In this document: one piece after another, positions 62,201 through 64,000 of the stretch | Layout: each line of letters begins with the position of its first letter | How positions within the stretch are numbered: the stretch's first letter is position 1 | Assembly: GCA_046290225.1 (NCBI GenBank) | Contig: JBKAGE010000081.1 | Span: forward strand, 45,412 to 109,411 | Direction of reading: 5' to 3' | Length of the DNA: 64,000 nucleotides | Source: Bradymonadia bacterium | GTDB taxonomy: Bacteria; Myxococcota_A; Bradymonadia; UBA7976; UBA1532 | Translations under genes and position numbers: made by a program | The notes under the pieces: model-generated | The model's database searches: none | Told to the model about the DNA's origin: nothing | What the model saw: the letters and a program-made list of their open reading frames with translations, nothing else

Positions 62201-64000
62201 TTGCTCGATGGCCCCGTCATCTGCTTCTGCACTGCACACAACTTGCCCATCCTGGCCACAGATGAGCACGCCTCGGGCTTGGCAGGCGCCACGCCCAACG
62301 GTGCAACTGGAGCCGAGGCCAAGGCCGTTGTCGATCTGACCGTCACAATCATCGTCGAGGCCGTTGCACAGCTCTGCTCGAGGCTGAGTCGGCTGTGCGT
62401 CACAGGTGGGGTTGCCATCCTGGCCGCAGATGATGGTGCCTGCTGCAGCACATTGGCCTGCACCTTCGGAGCAGTCTGCGCCGAGGTTGAAGCCCTCATC
62501 AGTCTGACCATCACAGTTGTCGTCCACGCCGTTGCAGAGCTCTGGCGCAGGCTCGCCAGCCTCTGCATCACACGTCGTGCCGTCACCGGCCTCGTTGCAG
62601 ATCCGAGCACCTTCCGCTGCACACGAGCCCGTACCCTCAACACAGGCATCTCCGAGATCAGCAAAGTCTTCGTCGGTGGCGCCATCACAGTCCTGGTCTG
62701 CCCCATCGCAGCGCTCTGCTGCGGGGAGGACCTGACCCTGACATACGCCAAAGCTGCCGTTGAGGCACATGCGCATGCCGCCACGGCAAGGGCCGGCACC
62801 TTGGGTACCGTCAGGCCCCTCGTAGCACGCTGCCATGAGCGCCTGACCTTGTGCGTCGACATCGACGCCGCCGTCACAGTTGTCGTCGAGGCCGTTGCAG
62901 ATCTCGAGAGCGTCGGGGTTGATGCTGGCATCAGCGTCATTGCAGTCCACATCGGCGGTAAAGCCATCACCGTCTCGATCAGCAGGGCCCTCACCATCTT
63001 GGGTGTAACGCACGATGAGGGCAGGGCGCCGAGTGGGATCGGCCCCCTGGATCGAGGTGAAGCGATCTTTTCGGTAGAGCGTGTCCTGGGCGACGATGAT
63101 GTAGCCAAATTGGGCCTGAGCGATGTCTGCGGTGACGTCGAAGCTCACGAAACCGTCGATGTCCCCGGTGTCGAGCTCAATGCAGTCCGTGGGCTGAGCG
63201 ACGAAGTCACCACCAGGGATGTTCCAGTTCACCTCAGGGCTGCGGCGCAGCCAGGAAGAGCCGGTGTCTCCGCGCGCGTAGTCCCAATAGTGGGTGGCTG
63301 CGCCCTCTTCCCAGCTGTTCAGCACCCTGTGGGCACACACCAGGCGGGTGCCCTCACCATATTGAGTGCGCTCGTAGAACAGGCGCAGGTTCACGGAGTC
63401 GATTCGGGTGTCGGCTGGGAGGCGCCACGATGAGAACTGAATCAGGGGGCGATAGCCGCCCACCTCGGTGTAGGAGAGGTACAACAGGGCGTCGAGGCCC
63501 ATGTTCACCTCTGACTCACGGCGGATCGTGTTGTCGATTTCACCCTCGACGACGAGGTTTCGGACCGGGGGCTGGTCAGGGGTCTCGGGGTTGCAGTCGT
63601 TGTCGACGCCATCGTCGAAGATCTCTTCGGCGCCAGGGTTCACCGCAGGATCATCATCATCACAGTCGACATCGTCGGTGAAGCCGTCGTTGTCGTTGTC
63701 GAAGGGCCCGTTGCCCCCTGTGGTGTAGTTTATGACGAGGGCAGGGCGACGCTCAGCGTTTGCGCCCTGGTTGGAAGTGAGTCGATCTCTGCGATAGGGG
63801 GTGTCGGGGGCGATGAGGATGTAGCCGAACTGAGCCTGAGCGGCATCAGCAGTGACGTCGAAGGTGATGAACTGACCAGTACCGTCTACAACGAGGTCGA
63901 TACAGTCGGTGGGCTGAGGGTCATAGTCACCACCGGGGGTGTTCCAGTTCGTATCAGGGCTGCGACGTTGCCAGGAAGAGCCTGTATCACCACGGGGGTA
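50282..64000 (-). CDS. Giant Cys/Asp/Gly-rich repeat protein (at least 4572 aa, 5' end outside the window): DNRLRE-like domains, MopE-like CNGxDDDCDG repeats, C-terminal fibrinogen-like domain
   Basis: The frame stays open from 64000 to the stop at 50282; translating 63644-64000 gives a second copy of the W.EG.A...W..PGGD...FDVT...G...RP.L.V.Y domain. Dozens of E.CNG.DD.CDG..DE repeats follow; [14 protein letters not shown] lies near the end. Confidence 0.88.
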   Translation of the reverse strand, partial: YPRGDTGSSWQRRSPDTNWNTPGGDYDPQPTDCIDLVVDGTGQFITFDVTADAAQAQFGYILIAPDTPYRRDRLTSNQGANAERRPALVINYTTGGNGPFDNDNDGFTDDVDCDDDDPAVNPGAEEIFDDGVDNDCNPETPDQPPVRNLVVEGEIDNTIRRESEVNMGLDALLYLSYTEVGGYRPLIQFSSWRLPADTRIDSVNLRLFYERTQYGEGTRLVCAHRVLNSWEEGAATHYWDYARGDTGSSWLRRSPEVNWNIPGGDFVAQPTDCIELDTGDIDGFVSFDVTADIAQAQFGYIIVAQDTLYRKDRFTSIQGADPTRRPALIVRYTQDGEGPADRDGDGFTADVDCNDADASINPDALEICNGLDDNCDGGVDVDAQGQALMAACYEGPDGTQGAGPCRGGMRMCLNGSFGVCQGQVLPAAERCDGADQDCDGATDEDFADLGDACVEGTGSCAAEGARICNEAGDGTTCDAEAGEPAPELCNGVDDNCDGQTDEGFNLGADCSEGAGQCAAAGTIICGQDGNPTCDAQPTQPRAELCNGLDDDCDGQIDNGLGLGSSCTVGRGACQARGVLICGQDGQVVCSAEADDGAIEQCNGVDDDCDGAIDEGANGQPLTATCYEGPEGTDGQGICRSGTAACINGSFGACVGQVLPAAEVCDGIDQNCDGRADETFANLGNACNEGVGQCAAAGVFVCNGNGDGTTCNAQPGQPVVETCNGLDDNCDGRADEGFNLGSACNEGVGQCAAAGTIVCSQDGNPICNAQPGEPVAETCNGLDDNCDGRADEGFNLGDACNEGVGQCAAAGTIVCGQDGNATCNAQPGQPVAERCNGLDDNCNGQADEDFDLGADCSAGVGQCAAAGSIICGQDGTPICDAQPGQPVAETCDGLDDDCDGQTDEGFALGDACVAGQGECQTNGVIACGDDGRAVCTAEAGEIGVERCNGLDDDCDGAIDEGANGQPLTATCYEGPEGTDGQGICRSGTATCTNGSFGACAGQILPAAEVCDGIDQNCDGRADETFANLGNACNEGVGQCAAAGVFVCNGNGNGTTCDAQPGQPVAEICNGLDDNCDGQADEGFNLGADCSEGVGQCAAAGRIVCGQDGSATCNAQPGQPRAETCNGLDDNCNGQADEGFDLGSACNEGVGQCAAAGVLVCGQDGNATCNAQLGQPVAELCNGLDDNCDGRADEGFDLGADCSAGVGQCAAAGSIICGQDGTPICDAQPGQPVAETCDGLDDDCDGQTDEGFALGDACVAGQGECRSNGVIACGDDGRAVCTAEAGEIGVERCNGLDDDCDGAIDEGANGQPLTATCYEGPEGTDGQGICRSGTAACINGSFGACVGQVLPAAEVCDGIDQNCDGRADETFANLGNACNEGVGQCAAAGVFVCNGNGDGTTCNAQPGQPVVETCNGLDDNCDGRADEGFNLGSACNEGIGQCAAAGTIVCDLDGGSTCNAQPGQPVAESCNGLDDNCDGQTDEGFNLGADCSEGVGQCAAAGRIVCGQDGSATCNAQPGQPAAELCNGLDDNCDGQADENFNLGSDCSVGVGACGAQGTVICGQDGNATCDAQAGQPGVETCNGIDDDCDGSVDEDANGQPLTATCYEGPEGTDGQGTCRSGTATCINGSFGACAGQVLPAAEICDGIDQNCDGRIDETFVNLGNACNEGVGQCAAAGVFVCNGNGDGTTCNAQPGQPVAETCNGLDDNCDGRADEGFNLGSACNEGVGQCAAAGTIVCDLDGSATCNAQPGQPRAETCNGLDDNCNGQADEGFNLGADCSEGVGQCAAAGRIVCGQDGSATCNAQPGQPAAELCNGLDDNCDGQTDEGFSLGADCSEGIGQCASAGIIVCTQDGNATCNAQPGQPAVETCDGVDDDCDGTIDEDANGQPLTVSCYEGPEGTDNTGVCRDGVRTCVAGDFGACNGAQGPSQEICNGEDDDCDGAIDEGADGAPLQRMCFSGPEGAAGQGLCRAGVSTCEQGVFGACDGEILPAQEICDGLDNDCDGDPDGGLNCACLPGESRACYSGPVGTAGNGVCQAGQQTCLNDGSGFTPCAGEVLPGAERCDSIDNDCNGIVDDNIPGVGAACEQGVGECLAEGSVACDGPNERIFCDTQPGQPAAEICNGLDDNCDGRADEGFNLGADCSVGVGACLERGALICGQNGAAVCSAQAGQPGVETCNGVDDDCDGSVDEDANGQPLTVACYEGPAGTDGQGICQGGQRTCADGGFGACVGQVLPAAEICDGIDQNCDGRTDETFANLGDACNEGIGQCTAAGVFVCNGNGDGTTCNAQPGQPDAETCNGLDDNCDGQTDEGFNLGSDCSVGVGACVAQGAVICGQDGNATCDATAGQPGVETCNGVDDDCDGSVDEDANGQPLTATCYEGPEGTDGQGICRSGTATCTNGSFGACAGQILPTAEVCDGIDQNCDGRADETFANLGDACNEGVGQCTAAGVFVCNGNGDGTTCNAQPGQPQAELCNGLDDNCDGQTDESFTNLGDACSEGIGQCAAVGTFICNGNGSGTTCNAQPGQPRAETCNGLDDNCDGQVDDGFNLGAECSEGIGQCAAAGTIICSQNGGATCDAQPGRPVAESCNGLDDNCDGRADENFNLGSDCSVGVGACGAQGTVICGQDGNATCDATAGQPGVETCNGIDDDCDGSVDEDANGQPLTATCYEGPEGTDGQGICRSGTATCTNGSFGACAGQVLPAAEICDGIDQNCDGRIDETFVNLGNACNEGVGQCAAAGVFVCNGNGNGTTCNAQPGQPVAETCNGLDDNCDGRADEGFNLGSACNEGVGQCAAAGTIVCDLDGGATCNAQPGQPRAETCNGLDDNCNGQADEGFNLGADCSEGVGQCAAAGRIVCGQDGSATCNAQPGQPVAEQCNGLDDNCNGQADEGFDLGSACNEGVGQCVAAGVFVCGQNGNATCNAQPGQPVAELCNGLDDNCDGRADEGFNLGSDCSVGVGACGAQGTVICGQDGNATCDATAGQPGIETCNGIDDDCDGSVDEDANGQPLTATCYEGPEGTDGQGICRSGTATCTNGSFGVCAGQILPAAEICDGIDQNCDGRADETFVNLGNACNEGVGQCAAAGVFVCNGNGDGTTCNAQPGQPVVETCNGLDDNCDGRADEGFNLGSACNEGVGQCAAAGTIVCDLDGGSTCNAQPGQPVAETCNGLDDNCDGRADEGFNLGSACNEGVGQCAASGTIVCGQDGNATCNAQPGQPVAEQCNGLDDNCDGQADEGFNLGADCSEGIGQCTASGTVICGQDGNATCDAQPGQPVAEQCNGLDDNCDGRADEGFNLGSDCNVGVGACGAQGTVICGQDGNATCDATAGQPGVETCNGIDDDCDGSVDEDANGQPLTATCYEGPEGTDGQGICRSGTATCTNGSFGVCAGQILPAAEICDGIDQNCDGRADETFVNLGNACNEGVGQCAAAGVFVCNGNGDGTTCNAQPGQPVAETCNGLDDNCDGAIDEEFGLGTACSEGVGQCAANGVLICNGEGGVQCGAQVGTPDVERCNGLDDDCDGIADETFDLGTACTEGIGACAAAGVFVCDQLGGVVCDANAGAPQGELCNGIDDDCDGQADESFANLGSACTEGIGACAASGTIVCDGAGQGTECNAIAQSPSSETCNGLDDDCDGQADEAFVELGSACTAGAGDCSADGVFVCDAVGQGVECSAQAGLGEAELCNGIDDDCDGLLDEDFPDLNLPCEDGLGQCASLGSTVCAQDGQGVVCEGITGGIEPTPEVCDNFDNDCDGNIDEGIPGLGEACNAGVGQCAAAGVQVCDLGTNELFCLTQAPPPQVETCDGLDNDCDGVTDEAFPTLGDDCTLGLGSCQDEGEVVCDPNGLGVLCNAQPDDPVAERCDGRDNDCDGVSDEDFDVGGDCSVGQGVCAQAGTIICSNRVAICDATAGQPGVETCNSLDDDCDGIADENFPDIGDPCGGGVGACAVEGVTVCDLDGQVVCSEKPLAPVPEACNGADDDCDGSTDEDFVADLGDNCSVGVGACVNQGQNVCDGTPDAQAMAFSGVQNDLVVAEVVAGGFDLCWNEPYEEAQTGIFGANEVTQLPGVLQRCEGEVLMMACRRLDAETLSVAAMGERDEILEVTPFATRVPNNIHNGVNWYFNNDFYWGFAPAGARIDAFSCDRVFDEQSGQRICWYTSNDTVRPGYRCGDEVVNASGLWERMIFQRSGTAQRGALGRLVCDADPLAPGEETCDGVDEDCDGSTDEGFPLNEFCTTGVGECAGVGRYVCDGQGGLACNAILGDPVAETCDNLDNDCDGLIDEGFNVSDSCSNGVGVCARNGQIRCAADGTAFCNAIPAAPDDAEICNGEDDDCDGATDEGVADCFIYASCSEALAAGNDRNGSFLIQPDPNLPAGLVFCDMTTDGGGWTLVASSAVNSNGRGGTIDDRGRAEWFSNLSTGFPNSSAPWVWSAMLAHGDRFDIRFACRTDRPGFPEPYDVDLSFYDNDWYAEIAGSTIDGETCFNTPDNPLELPARRNNLNGDFIEDNTPWEGQGQLVGEDSCQDGGDFAVDFNDGGRIGNRSDGTDWGEHNGSRTCGAINQGNGQWLIFVREVQQ

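Overview
GC-rich bacterial chromosomal window with a myxobacteria-like gene repertoire (inferred from the many Cys-rich lipoproteins and repeat surface proteins). No rRNA, tRNA, CRISPR array, transposase, integrase or reverse transcriptase was recognised. Recognisable genes: an XPB/SSL2-type helicase with DUF790, holB, a FadL-type porin, a hybrid histidine kinase, a neutral ceramidase, DedA, a MarR-creatininase-glutaryl-CoA dehydrogenase unit, a DUF4129-DUF4350-MoxR-DUF58 operon and an e(P4) acid phosphatase. Most interesting observations: (1) a ~200-nt structured DNA repeat present four times, always 0-3 nt after a stop codon, with compensatory base changes and G-T wobbles favouring folding of the antisense strand; one copy has lost its 97-nt core. 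(2) A MoxR operon flanked by a stand-alone LeuA-type regulatory domain and a translationally coupled, divergent RelA/SpoT-like synthetase. (3) Two tandem secreted paralogues (RCC1 propeller, TSP3 repeats, long left-handed beta-helix, fibrinogen-like tip) and a giant Cys-repeat protein of at least 4,572 aa; all three have different tips after a shared [11 protein letters not shown] motif. (4) An AT-rich lipoprotein gene with an internal C11 tract, divergent from a degenerate 5'-nucleotidase fused to a probable beta-barrel. All family assignments come from motif recognition by eye; no database search was run.
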